DNA from: a virus
Strand: one strand, 5' to 3'
Virus record (IMG/VR): IMGVR_UViG_3300036770_006434
Coordinates: 64,001-128,000 of that record
Length of the DNA: 64,000 bases
Shown here: piece by piece, positions 1 through 9,130 of the stretch
Layout of the letters: each line of letters starts with the position of its first letter
Position numbering within the stretch: the first letter of the stretch is position 1
Translations under genes and position numbers: made by a program
Notes under the pieces: generated by a model
The model's database searches: none
What the model was told of the DNA's origin: nothing
What the model saw: only the letters and a program-made list of their open reading frames with translations

Positions 1-210
1 CTCAATCAGTTTGCGATACCAGCGCGCGGTCTCTCGGATTCCTGTAACAGCCGGGGGCTCGTCAAAAGAGTCAAACACGTCCCCGAGGAATACGATGTGG
101 TCGTAATTCCCGGCCTCTTTCTCAAGAACGGCGTCCGCCCAGTTTGTTCTCTGGTGAATGTCGGAGATGACTAGGATGCGGTCAGCGGAAATGGAGAATG
201 AGTCTGACAT
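1..210 (-). CDS. Calcineurin-like metallophosphoesterase, 3' end runs off the window
   Basis: Not in the ORF track. Manual translation from ATG at 210 gives MSDSFSISADRILVISDIHQRTNWADAVLEKEAGNYDHIVFLGDVFDSF..., with the DxH and GDxxD metal-binding motifs. Confidence 0.75.
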   Translation of the reverse strand, partial: MSDSFSISADRILVISDIHQRTNWADAVLEKEAGNYDHIVFLGDVFDSFDEPPAVTGIRETARWYRKLIE

Positions 211-219
211 TGGGAGCGG

Positions 220-247
220 ACTGTAACGGGATTTCCCCGCAAGTCAA
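220..247 (-). promoter_or_regulatory. Sigma70-like promoter TTGACT-N16-TACAGT
   Basis: Intergenic, directly upstream of the ATG at 210. Confidence 0.6.
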
Positions 248-250
248 GGC

Positions 251-1264
251 TCAATTGAAGTTCCGGGCTCTTCCGTCTTTGCTGAAAAACGCGGTGCAGC
301 CGGGATAGTGGCGAGGCTCAATCTTGTGTCCCTCTTTCAATTTGGGCTTCAGCTCCTCCTTAGTAAATCCGCTCGCGGTAATTTCTCCGTTTTGGTCCAG
401 CGCCACGAAGTAGTCCAGCGGCTTCCGCGCGGAACACATCCACATGGGGTTACCGTCCTTCTTGATACCTTCCCGACCGCACAGCCATTTGACATCCTCT
501 TTGAATAGCGCGAGGTTATCGGCCACATTGGCTTCCGTAAAGTTGTCCACGCCAGCCTGTAGGCCAGTCAGGTAATACTCGAATCCCGTCAGTTCATCGT
601 CCGTCATAGACGGCTGGTCCTGCCATGGGTTCTTGGGGAATTTGAGAAAAAGGAAGCGGAAGCGGCGGTTCTTGATGTCGGGATACAGGTGCTTGGCCGC
701 GAGTTCGTAGATGATCTTCTGGATATTGAACGTCTCTTTTTCGCCTTTGAAAAAATCCTTGCTCGTTTTGAAATCCCTTAGTTCCAACAAGATACAATTC
801 TCGCCCCTTACCTTGAATACCTGATCTATGAACCCCTTTACCCGGTATTTGCGCCCATCCGATGAGTCTACGGAAATCTCAAAAGCCTTTTCTGCTTCGG
901 CCTCAAAAGTCCCTTTCGGTCCATGGAATTCGTTCATCAGGGCAACTAACATGAATCCGTCAATCGTTTCCATGTTCTTCGGGTCATTCACCCCCTTTTT
1001 CTTGGCATAGATATTGAGGAGACGCCATACAGCAGGAACCTCCCGGCAGGTCTGGTGCTGAATGATTTTATCGTATAGCCCCCGATGCTTCGGTTTAAGG
1101 AGCAGTTCCAGAGTATCATGCACTACCGTCCCGCGCGAGGACCCTTGGTTGCCGGGGTCCGGGATTTTCCACAGATACTTGGCGGCATACAGCTGGGAAC
1201 AGGTTTGAAAGGTATCTATCCGACTGGCGGAAAGGTAGACAGGCTTCTTGGTTGGCTCGCTCAT
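251..1264 (-). CDS. PD-(D/E)XK nuclease (RecB/Cas4-like phage exonuclease)
   Basis: N-terminal LSASRIDTFQTCS and RGTVVH motifs; catalytic GFIDQV...LRDFKTS; Q..IY motif; three C-terminal Cys. Confidence 0.8.
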   Translation of the reverse strand: MSEPTKKPVYLSASRIDTFQTCSQLYAAKYLWKIPDPGNQGSSRGTVVHDTLELLLKPKHRGLYDKIIQHQTCREVPAVWRLLNIYAKKKGVNDPKNMETIDGFMLVALMNEFHGPKGTFEAEAEKAFEISVDSSDGRKYRVKGFIDQVFKVRGENCILLELRDFKTSKDFFKGEKETFNIQKIIYELAAKHLYPDIKNRRFRFLFLKFPKNPWQDQPSMTDDELTGFEYYLTGLQAGVDNFTEANVADNLALFKEDVKWLCGREGIKKDGNPMWMCSARKPLDYFVALDQNGEITASGFTKEELKPKLKEGHKIEPRHYPGCTAFFSKDGRARNFN

Positions 1265-1533
1265 TTCCCAGCCTTCTCTTTGGTCTCGGTCTTTTTGGTG
1301 GCAGGCCCCTGCAATCTCTTCATTTCAATGTCGCGGACCGTCCGCTGGCGGTTTGACCAGAAGACCTTGGAATCCTCCCAGCAAAGGGAGTCCTCTTCCT
1401 CGATGCAGCGGGCCGCCGGGCAGTCCTCTATGTGGATTTCCTTTACCACCTTTTCGCGGTCCAACCAGACTTTGATGGCTAGGACGCCGGGTTGGATTTG
1501 AAAAGCGTCTGATATTACGGTGCCGCAGGTCAT
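1261..1533 (-). CDS. Hypothetical protein (90 aa)
   Basis: ATGA-type overlaps with both neighbours inside the operon. Confidence 0.6.
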   Translation of the reverse strand: MTCGTVISDAFQIQPGVLAIKVWLDREKVVKEIHIEDCPAARCIEEEDSLCWEDSKVFWSNRQRTVRDIEMKRLQGPATKKTETKEKAGK

Positions 1534-2075
1534 GAGATAGCCTTCATAATGGAGTGGAACCAGCCGTTTTTCTCGGTATCCTCTTTGGACATGCAGGCAA
1601 GGATTTCAGCCGCTTTGCAAACTTTACCCTTCCAATGGGAAATGGAGTCATACTCCAAAACCTTAAACCCCTTGAACACGTCCGGCCGCTCTGCCAGCCA
1701 CTGCGCGCAGACCTTTTCCACTTGACTTGCTGATTTGCTGTCGGGAGTGGAAATGATGTAAACGAACTCACTGGCCATTACAATGTCTCGGGTGGACAGC
1801 GGCAGGCCGCGCCCGGCGGTAATTGGGTATACCGTGTAGGGAATCCCGTGTTCCAGAGCAAAGGAGGTAACCAGAGGATTCGCGCCGTTCGTGTAAATGT
1901 GGGAGATCACATCGGTCTTGTCGCCCAAGAGGTCGGGCAGGAACCCGGGATCGTCCAAGGACTTGGATGCTATCACACCGAGTTTGAATGTTTTGACGGG
2001 CTTGGGGTCGGATAGGCTCATGTTGGAAGGGATTCTAGGTGATTTGCGGGGCAAGTCAAGGATTTTTGGGTTCAT
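1530..2075 (-). CDS. Divergent SLOG/YspA-like (DUF2493-like) nucleotide-binding protein
   Basis: KLGVIASKSLDD...HIYTNGA...FALEHGIPYTVYP...RDIVMASEFV...DSKSA parallels the SLOG pattern LAIIGSR...IISGGA...YA.E..IP...RN..IV..SD...SKGT (recalled). Confidence 0.5.
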   Translation of the reverse strand: MNPKILDLPRKSPRIPSNMSLSDPKPVKTFKLGVIASKSLDDPGFLPDLLGDKTDVISHIYTNGANPLVTSFALEHGIPYTVYPITAGRGLPLSTRDIVMASEFVYIISTPDSKSASQVEKVCAQWLAERPDVFKGFKVLEYDSISHWKGKVCKAAEILACMSKEDTEKNGWFHSIMKAIS

Positions 2076-2593
2076 CCAACGTATGGAATTTTTATCACGC
2101 CGAAACCGGCAAACTCTCTGGCAAAAACAGATATATCTATGCCAAAATAAGTTACAACACTGCCCTTAGTAACTCCCTTTTTCAAAGAACCATCCGGCAA
2201 ATAGTAATTCGTTCTGGGCGAAAGATAACACTGGGGGCGGCGCAAAAGAGGTTGAAACCACTGTTCTGATGTTGCCGCAAATGTAATGCAACACCCACAA
2301 ATAGCGCGGCCACTGTCATATTCCGCTTCGGCTTTGCGAACACACGGTCCATTCGTTTTTCTTCCAAACGGATGGTTCATCCAAAAGGCGGGCGTATTCC
2401 ATGGTTGATTCAATCCATCGTCTTCCAACGCAAAATAACGAGACGCTTTGACTCTGGTATTTGCCACAGCGGAAGAAAATGGGTCCAGCTCTATTTGTCC
2501 CATAACCCTGCGGGCGGCCTCCACGATTTCCTGTGGGGTATAATATTCCACATCGCCGCTGTCTGAATTGATTCTTTGATGATTTTCGTTCAT
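2072..2593 (-). CDS. Phage Dam-like DNA N6-adenine methyltransferase
   Basis: YYTPQEIV, IELDPFSS, EDDGLNQPW and WMNHPF (variant motif IV). Start moved to the ATG at 2593, just past the primase stop. Confidence 0.75.
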   Translation of the reverse strand: MNENHQRINSDSGDVEYYTPQEIVEAARRVMGQIELDPFSSAVANTRVKASRYFALEDDGLNQPWNTPAFWMNHPFGRKTNGPCVRKAEAEYDSGRAICGCCITFAATSEQWFQPLLRRPQCYLSPRTNYYLPDGSLKKGVTKGSVVTYFGIDISVFAREFAGFGVIKIPYVG

Positions 2594-2595
2594 AC

Positions 2596-3495
2596 TCAAG
2601 TCGTTTCTGTGATACGATTCAGTTGATTTTCCCACTCCACCCACTGCTCCTCGTTTTCAATGTCCAAAAAGTCCTTGGCCGGCGGCAGGATGACTCTGGC
2701 TACTTCCGGGAGAAAGAAATTGCTCAAAACCTCTTTGACCTTGGCGGCGGCTTTCTGGCCGGCGGCATGAGTTTTTCTGTCGTTGTTCAGGGCGATCACA
2801 ATGTCTGTGGGGTCCAGTTCTATCAGCTTTCCAAGAACGGCTTCCGACATATTGATGCCGAACAGAATGAGGGCTTGGGTATGGCCACGGGTAGCGAGCG
2901 CGAGCGAACAGCCAATGCCCTCTACGAGAATGGCCCGGCGCGTGGAGCGAATCTCCTCGGTATCTGCGCACACCCATTTGTCCACGGCACCTAAGTGCTT
3001 GTATTTCGGGCGCTTGAACTGTTTGCGCTCGGCTTCCGTCATGGTCATGACACAGCGACCGGAGAAGCCGTGAATCTCACCGTCCTCATTGAAAATCGGG
3101 AAGACATAGCGGTTCTTCATCTGCCCCTCGGTTGCGATACCTCCTTGGAAAGAGGCTATCACGGACTCGGGGATACCGCGCTTGACCCAGTAGGAGTGGT
3201 CTTTGATCAATTTATCCAACAGACTCTTGGGCCAAATCCTCTCGATGTCCGGCGGCGGGTCCTGTCTTGGGGTGAAATCGGGTAGACCACTAGAACCTTC
3301 GCCTGCTAACCGCCAAATCTCGCGCGAGTGCTCGGGACTCCTATCTACCGCGCAGCCGTAACGGCCATCTGCGGCTATGAACAAATGGTTTTTTCCATTG
3401 ATATCAGACCCCTGCTCAAAGCACTTGGGACAACGCCCGACCCAGTTTGACCCAACTTTCTTTAGTCCCTCTATTTTGTCCAGATTTAACGGCAT
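2596..3495 (-). CDS. DNA primase (Zn-finger plus TOPRIM)
   Basis: CPKC Zn motif; RYVFPIFNEDGEIHGFSGR; VEG; DIVIALNND; KDFLD. Confidence 0.85.
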   Translation of the reverse strand: MPLNLDKIEGLKKVGSNWVGRCPKCFEQGSDINGKNHLFIAADGRYGCAVDRSPEHSREIWRLAGEGSSGLPDFTPRQDPPPDIERIWPKSLLDKLIKDHSYWVKRGIPESVIASFQGGIATEGQMKNRYVFPIFNEDGEIHGFSGRCVMTMTEAERKQFKRPKYKHLGAVDKWVCADTEEIRSTRRAILVEGIGCSLALATRGHTQALILFGINMSEAVLGKLIELDPTDIVIALNNDRKTHAAGQKAAAKVKEVLSNFFLPEVARVILPPAKDFLDIENEEQWVEWENQLNRITETT

Positions 3496-3506
3496 ATTAG
3501 ATAGAC

Positions 3507-5039
3507 TTATAGCAGAGGTCCGCCGCCACTCGGGTCCGGCTGTGCTACGGGAATGCCCATAATCCTATTGCGTTCGACCAAATCGTAGAATGTCGGTGCC
3601 TGCTCACACTCATGGACATTGAAGGTGTCGAAATTGAACAGGAGGTAATTGTCGCAGAACCTGTCCTTCTTGCCGCCTTCTTCCCGGTATTTCACGAGGC
3701 GGTTCTTGTTCATGTCATCCGGCCCAAGGACACGGGTGACCAGCGGGAGGAGTCGGTGCGTGAATTTTACCCGCAAATCCGGGCACATCCTCATTCGATC
3801 CTCTGGCGACATCCTTTCCAAGAGATACACGTTTGAGGCGAACTGCGCGATCATGTCGGAACCACCGATGGCGGCGGTATTCTGGATGCGGGCACCGCCC
3901 TTGGTGTCCTCGTTTTCGCGGTTGGCCTGACAGAAGGTGAGGACTGGCAGATTGAGTTCCTTGGATAGATTCTTGAACGCCTCAATCTTTGCTCCAATCG
4001 ACAGGAATAGCGGGTTCTTGCTCGCGAAATCCGCAGTTCCGCTAAGTTTAATATAGTCAAGCACGATCAACCCCTTCTTCCCCTCTTTCAACGTTTTGAA
4101 GGCCCAGCGGCGGGCGACCGAAATCATGTGTTCAAGACTCTTGCCGCCGACGAAAACGTGGGAGACCCGGCCGGCGAGCGGAGCCAGCGCGGCTTCGGCC
4201 ATCTCCACTTTGCGGCGCATCTCGGGATTGTTCTTATACTTCTTGTATCGAATCAGATACTCCTTGACCCCGGACGCGGCGGCCAACGCGCGCGACTGGT
4301 TCTCCTCCTTGGTCAGCTCCGTGTCCAGAACGAGAGCGCGGAAATTGTCATCCTTGTCCTGCGCGGACAGTTGCCGCAGGGTGGACAGCCAAAACGTGGA
4401 TTTGCCCACCTTCATGCGGGAACACACCACTGTAACGCCCAAGTCCAAGGCTCCATACAGGTCATTCATGACCGGGAACGGCAGGGTTATGGCGCGCTTA
4501 TCGTATACCGTCTCCTGATTGAGAAAATCCCCGACCGTGCCGAACAGGTCGGACGGCTCATCCTCGTCCCGGCCCGACAGCAGATTGATCTTTTTATTGA
4601 AGATTTCCGTCGCCCGTGCCAGCAGTTCTGTAGACTTCAGCGGCTCACTCTCGCCATTGGGCACGTCTTTCCCGGTGAGATTCGCGATTTCCACGGCGGC
4701 TCCATGGATTTCGCGGCGGTTCGCGATCCGACGGAGTTCCCGCGCGATGGATAGAGTGGCCTTCTCGCTGACCGAGAGACCTTCAAGAGATTTGATATAG
4801 ACTCCCGGCTCGATAGAATCCGCTATCTTGATGCCGAGACTACTGAGGCGGTCGGAGAGGAGGTGAACGCTGAACTGGCCGCCGGAGGCCAGACAAGAGT
4901 CTATGCCAGACAATACAACGCGGTTCGTGACCGACAGGTCTTCGGGCCTTACGTGGGTGGTCTCAGCCCTTGTTTCCGGGTGCAGAATGGTGCCGGATAG
5001 GAATTTCTTTTCAAGGTCAATGTTGTAGAGATCGGCCAT
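3507..5039 (-). CDS. dnaB: Replicative DnaB-family helicase
   Basis: Walker A SRMKVGKST; Walker B IVLDYIKL; AKELxxPV-like SKELNLPVLTFCQANR; GGSDMIAQFA; adjacent to the primase. Confidence 0.85.
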   Translation of the reverse strand: MADLYNIDLEKKFLSGTILHPETRAETTHVRPEDLSVTNRVVLSGIDSCLASGGQFSVHLLSDRLSSLGIKIADSIEPGVYIKSLEGLSVSEKATLSIARELRRIANRREIHGAAVEIANLTGKDVPNGESEPLKSTELLARATEIFNKKINLLSGRDEDEPSDLFGTVGDFLNQETVYDKRAITLPFPVMNDLYGALDLGVTVVCSRMKVGKSTFWLSTLRQLSAQDKDDNFRALVLDTELTKEENQSRALAAASGVKEYLIRYKKYKNNPEMRRKVEMAEAALAPLAGRVSHVFVGGKSLEHMISVARRWAFKTLKEGKKGLIVLDYIKLSGTADFASKNPLFLSIGAKIEAFKNLSKELNLPVLTFCQANRENEDTKGGARIQNTAAIGGSDMIAQFASNVYLLERMSPEDRMRMCPDLRVKFTHRLLPLVTRVLGPDDMNKNRLVKYREEGGKKDRFCDNYLLFNFDTFNVHECEQAPTFYDLVERNRIMGIPVAQPDPSGGGPLL

Positions 5040-5053
5040 TAAATCGGTTTGTT

Positions 5054-5875
5054 TCAGGCGGGATTCAGTATACCGCCGGCAGAGATTGTAAACTGTTGGG
5101 TGACAGTGGTTTCGTCATAGACCTGAGTGATCACACTCTTGGAGGGCCAGACAAAGGCGGAGAGCACCCCGTAACCGCGCTTAACGTAAGCTGCCCCGGT
5201 GTCTATCATGGCGTAACTGGGGGTTATTGCAACCTCTTTCTCGGGGGTATGGCCGAAAACGCGGAATAGGCCGTCATCTCGCTCATTTCCTGTAGCTGGA
5301 TCGCGGGAAAACGGGCCATCACCTGACCGATGACGACCCCACAGAGTCTGGAACCATTCCTCATGATCGGCGTTGAGGCCGTATCCGGTATGGCTTACCA
5401 TCAAGCGGCGGCCATTTTCGTCCAATTGATTGGAGGGATACAGGTAAGGTGGAAGTCCCTCCATCCAGTCCAGCACATCTTCCGGCGCCCTGCCGCCAAG
5501 GTGCCTGTCTCGTTCGCGCTCAATGCGTTTCGTCGGTGAGTCCAGATGCCTCTTGTCGATAATGGGCCAGTTACGCACTGCTTCGTCGCCGCCGTTGTCA
5601 AGCCAAACGCCATGAGCATACATCTCCGCACATTTGGCATCCCGGTTGTAGAACGCTAAGGCAAGCGATTCATGGTTGCCCATAACTGTGGGGATACCGT
5701 GCTTCATGGCCAACTCCACGACCGCGCGCGAATTGGGTCCACGGTCAATCAGATCGCCGCCAAAAACGATTTGGCTCTGAACCCTGATCTTGCCCAACAG
5801 ACGAATCAGGGTATTGATGCATCCGTGAATGTCGCTGATGCAAATTACTGGCAGATCGGTGTGCAAAGTGGTCAT
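5054..5875 (-). CDS. PPP-family Ser/Thr phosphatase or ApaH-like metallophosphoesterase
   Basis: SDIHGC, GDLIDRGP, MGNHE, VFGHTP and IDTGA motifs. Confidence 0.9.
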   Translation of the reverse strand: MTTLHTDLPVICISDIHGCINTLIRLLGKIRVQSQIVFGGDLIDRGPNSRAVVELAMKHGIPTVMGNHESLALAFYNRDAKCAEMYAHGVWLDNGGDEAVRNWPIIDKRHLDSPTKRIERERDRHLGGRAPEDVLDWMEGLPPYLYPSNQLDENGRRLMVSHTGYGLNADHEEWFQTLWGRHRSGDGPFSRDPATGNERDDGLFRVFGHTPEKEVAITPSYAMIDTGAAYVKRGYGVLSAFVWPSKSVITQVYDETTVTQQFTISAGGILNPA

Positions 5876-6603
5876 GTAACTGCGTTGATTCCTTCCACCC
5901 TCTGTTGCGCTATGCGGAAGTAGGCTTCGTCCTGTTCGATGCCGATGTAGCGACGCCCCGTGTTCTTGGCGGCCAAACAGGTGGTGCCGGAGCCCATGGT
6001 GTTGTCTAGGACGACCTCTCCCTCGTTGGTGTAAGTGCGAATGAGGTATTCCATGAGGGCGACGGGCTTTTGAGTTGGGTGGACCTTATCTGCATCGTAA
6101 TCAAAGCTCAGCGTTAGGCGCGGGTAGTTTGTGAACTCCTGCATATTACTGTTGCCCGATTTACCAAAATTCCCTCCATTATGCCCTCGGCGAGTGACCT
6201 TGCCATAGGGGACAAGTCCTTGAGGATTATAGGTCGGCTGTTTACGGTAGAATACAAGGATGTCCTCGTAATTCTTCATCGGCATCCGCTTAGCGTTTAG
6301 GTGCCCTGTAGCGTTGCCCTTAATCCAAACCCAACTGTAGCGTAGGTTTGACGCGTTGGACGCTCCAAGGATACTGGTAAACGGTTGAGAGGCGGTAAAC
6401 ACCATCGCGCCATTCTGCTTGACGATACGATTGTATTGAGCCCAAAGAGGTTCAAGAGTGATTATGCTATCCCAAGTATTCTGGGTAGAACCATATGGGA
6501 GGTCACAGATAACCGCATCCACCGATCCATCAGGTATCCTCTTCATCATCTCCAAGCAATCACCCAAACACAGGGTATTTGGCAATATAGGATTATCAAT
6601 CAT
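5872..6603 (-). CDS. Beta-class DNA N4/N6 methyltransferase
   Basis: GDCLEMM, DLPYG (motif IV), HPTQKP and DNTMGSGTT (motif I) in beta order. Start at MIDNP (6603). Confidence 0.9.
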   Translation of the reverse strand: MIDNPILPNTLCLGDCLEMMKRIPDGSVDAVICDLPYGSTQNTWDSIITLEPLWAQYNRIVKQNGAMVFTASQPFTSILGASNASNLRYSWVWIKGNATGHLNAKRMPMKNYEDILVFYRKQPTYNPQGLVPYGKVTRRGHNGGNFGKSGNSNMQEFTNYPRLTLSFDYDADKVHPTQKPVALMEYLIRTYTNEGEVVLDNTMGSGTTCLAAKNTGRRYIGIEQDEAYFRIAQQRVEGINAVT

Positions 6604-6616
6604 AGTAGACACGCTT

Positions 6617-7183
6617 TTACTTCCCCGTGCTCCCAAACCCGCCGCCACCTCTCGGGGTAGTGCCAATCTCATCGACCTCCGAGAAATTGATGTCATCCTG
6701 CAATTCTACCGGCACGATTTGTCCGATCCTTTCACCGGAATGGTAGATTTTCGCCATGTTCACGGCTCCGACCAGACCCCCGTCTACTACCGAGTAATCT
6801 TCCGGCTGCCAGATATACTTGAACCTAAGCAGGATTTCGCCGGAATAGGAGTGGTCTATCACCCCTACAGAATTGGCCAGCGCCAGATTGTATTTGGACA
6901 CGGAGGAGCGCGGGAATAACAGGGTCCAATACTTGCGGTAATACTTCATGCAAACGCCAATCGCTTGCCCCGGCACTTGGATGTAGGACATCATTTCGGG
7001 CCTATCCAGTCGGATTCCCGTCGAATACTCGATGTAATCCAACCTCTTCCAGCCGCCATTCGGGTAAGCCTCTCCCACGAATTTCGGCTCCTTCAGTGCG
7101 ACCAGATCGTAGCCGGAATCGTCGGGATTGGATTTGGCCGGGAGAATGGCGGCGGGTTCTTTTTTGAAACGGTATTGGGTCAT
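6617..7183 (-). CDS. dut: dUTPase (trimeric type)
   Basis: SGYDL, STGI, PRSS, GVIDHSYSGEI, IGQI and RGGGGFGSTG motifs. Confidence 0.93.
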   Translation of the reverse strand: MTQYRFKKEPAAILPAKSNPDDSGYDLVALKEPKFVGEAYPNGGWKRLDYIEYSTGIRLDRPEMMSYIQVPGQAIGVCMKYYRKYWTLLFPRSSVSKYNLALANSVGVIDHSYSGEILLRFKYIWQPEDYSVVDGGLVGAVNMAKIYHSGERIGQIVPVELQDDINFSEVDEIGTTPRGGGGFGSTGK

Positions 7184-7291
7184 AGAAAAATGTGGGGGTA
7201 TTATGGTTTTCGGGATATGGCAAAGCCGGGGTCAGACTGGACACCGTTTTTGCGGAATCAAGTCTAGTGACTTACCTCGGACAGTGTCGGG

Positions 7292-7319
7292 AGTATAGGG
7301 GATTTCCCGTTGCCGTCAA
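7292..7319 (-). promoter_or_regulatory. Sigma70-like promoter TTGACG-N16-TATACT
   Basis: Intergenic, upstream of dut. Confidence 0.7.
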
Positions 7320-7352
7320 GTCAATTCTGTGACCGACTGACAGCGAATCCAT

Positions 7353-8591
7353 TCACTTCTTGGCGTAGTGGTAAAGGTGCGCCAGCAATCCGTCTTCCTT
7401 GTGGAAGAGGAATCCTTCCGCTGCCTTGATGTTGCCCACGTATCCTTGGCCAAAATGCCAGTAATCGTTGCCGGAAAGAGATGCAATAGTGCGTATTTTC
7501 ACGCCCTTTTCCTCAATGCAGGCTTCTCCGTGTCTGTGCCCCAGATGCCACTCGCGAAAAAGACACTGACCCCAGTCGCCGGGCCGCTCGGTCGCGCCCA
7601 AGAGTGGGAGGTCCTTCAACTTCTCCTTGTCGCCGTGAGTAAAGCCGATAATGACATTCCCATAGCGATAATATTTGCGCAGTGCGGGGGAGTTGTCTAC
7701 CGTGACCAGCGGATCAGCGTGAAACCAACATTCAAGCGCGTCTCCGAGGTGGAACATGGAATTTGAGTCGTGATTGCCCGGGCAGACAACGACATCGACC
7801 GGCGCAATGGTCTTGAGATATTCAACAGTCTCAACCAGTAACTTACGGCCATCGCGGAAGATACGCGAGAAACGGCTGTCGGCGTCTTGGCGGGTTCCGA
7901 GGGTCGTGGTCTGCTCTCCTGTGTCAATGTGCAGGTAATCGTTGCCGGCTGGAAACAGAATACGATTGATCTTCCCTTGGCGTTGGGCCTTGGCGACTAG
8001 TGAACGGATAGCTGTAGTATACCGGGCGGCGGCAATCTTACTGTCGTAGTTCTCACCGCAGTCCTCATCCCAGCCGAGTTTGCCGAAGTGAAGGTCCATG
8101 GCGGCAATCTCTAAGAGAATGTCGCCCTTATTGTCTTCCGGCAAAGCCTTGGACTGAAGCGGTTTTACAAACGCCTTGAACTCGGCCTTGAACTCCTCAA
8201 TCTCGGCCTTGGCCGAAACGGCGATGGGCTTACGAGAGAACCGCGCATTCCAACCAAACCCTTTGGCCCCGCGTCGGATAGAGAAGCCCCTGCTCTCGTA
8301 TTGCTCCGTGTCCACCCCGCACAACGCGATCACCTCGTCAAGGGTCGCGGCCTTGGAAGTCTCTACTTCGGCGTTGAATTCGTCTTCGGAACCGCCGCTG
8401 GTAATACCCCACTGGGATTCTCCCGCCTTCCAAAAGCCGTGGCGACGGTTCATTCTGGTCACGTTATCGGGATGCACATCCAAGCGTTTGACGAGCAATG
8501 CTTTGGCCTCCTCCCAAGTCTGGCAATCGGCCACCAATTCGCGTAATTCGGAAACAAGTTCTGGGGTATATACAGGTGATGCTTTGGACAT
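7353..8591 (-). CDS. Phage metallophosphoesterase with an N-terminal helical domain
   Basis: DLHFGK, GNDYLH, PGNHD, HGDK and GHRH motifs. Start at MSKAS (8591). Confidence 0.8.
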   Translation of the reverse strand: MSKASPVYTPELVSELRELVADCQTWEEAKALLVKRLDVHPDNVTRMNRRHGFWKAGESQWGITSGGSEDEFNAEVETSKAATLDEVIALCGVDTEQYESRGFSIRRGAKGFGWNARFSRKPIAVSAKAEIEEFKAEFKAFVKPLQSKALPEDNKGDILLEIAAMDLHFGKLGWDEDCGENYDSKIAAARYTTAIRSLVAKAQRQGKINRILFPAGNDYLHIDTGEQTTTLGTRQDADSRFSRIFRDGRKLLVETVEYLKTIAPVDVVVCPGNHDSNSMFHLGDALECWFHADPLVTVDNSPALRKYYRYGNVIIGFTHGDKEKLKDLPLLGATERPGDWGQCLFREWHLGHRHGEACIEEKGVKIRTIASLSGNDYWHFGQGYVGNIKAAEGFLFHKEDGLLAHLYHYAKK

Positions 8592-8654
8592 AATTTTTAA
8601 CAAGTATTGAGTATTGACTTACAACCGATGCGGCACGACGACGGTTACCGTAAT

Positions 8655-8679
8655 GTTACACGTCGGAACCGACGGTTTC
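8655..8679 (-). promoter_or_regulatory. GAAA-N14-GTGTAAC motif (putative phage promoter class)
   Basis: Intergenic and sense-oriented, 64 nt upstream of the ATG at 8591. Confidence 0.6.
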
Positions 8680-8710
8680 CCGTCGTCTCCTTGGTATAAG
8701 GATACCTGAT

Positions 8711-9130
8711 TCAAAGTGTGATCCCGTAGGTTTCCTCAAACCATTTCGGTGACATCAGGTCTATATCCTTCTCATTCAATTCCACGTAAGTGAAGCCTAT
8801 CATCTTGCACCATTCCTCTTTTTTCAAGTCCCGGTGGACGGCGGCGCTGAAACGGATACGATCCTTGTGAAAGAATTGATTGAAGGAATGGCTGGAAACC
8901 GGACTGACTTCCACCGCGATTTGGCGGGTCCAGTTGATGAGGTCCACTCTGAGCGGGCGCTTCCCGCAGCCGGGGATAGCGAACTCCTCGGACAGGACGT
9001 GGGACACCCAGTAGGGGCGCAGGAAGTCTTTGACTCTTTTCTGGGGTTTGGACACTTTTCGGTTCCAGTCCAGAGCGTAATCCGTCAGACAGACGGGGTA
9101 TTGGCGGCCGTTCAGACCGAGGACCTTCAT
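8711..9130 (-). CDS. Restriction-endonuclease-like (PD-(D/E)XK, DUF559-like) protein
   Basis: EEFAIP...LRVDLINWTRQIAVEVSP...SH pattern; downstream of recA. Confidence 0.5.
   Translation of the reverse strand: MKVLGLNGRQYPVCLTDYALDWNRKVSKPQKRVKDFLRPYWVSHVLSEEFAIPGCGKRPLRVDLINWTRQIAVEVSPVSSHSFNQFFHKDRIRFSAAVHRDLKKEEWCKMIGFTYVELNEKDIDLMSPKWFEETYGITL

Noticed and set aside
251-1264. Cas4 indicating a CRISPR adaptation module
   Set aside because: No cas1/cas2 or array; stand-alone PD-(D/E)XK exonucleases are common in phage replication modules.
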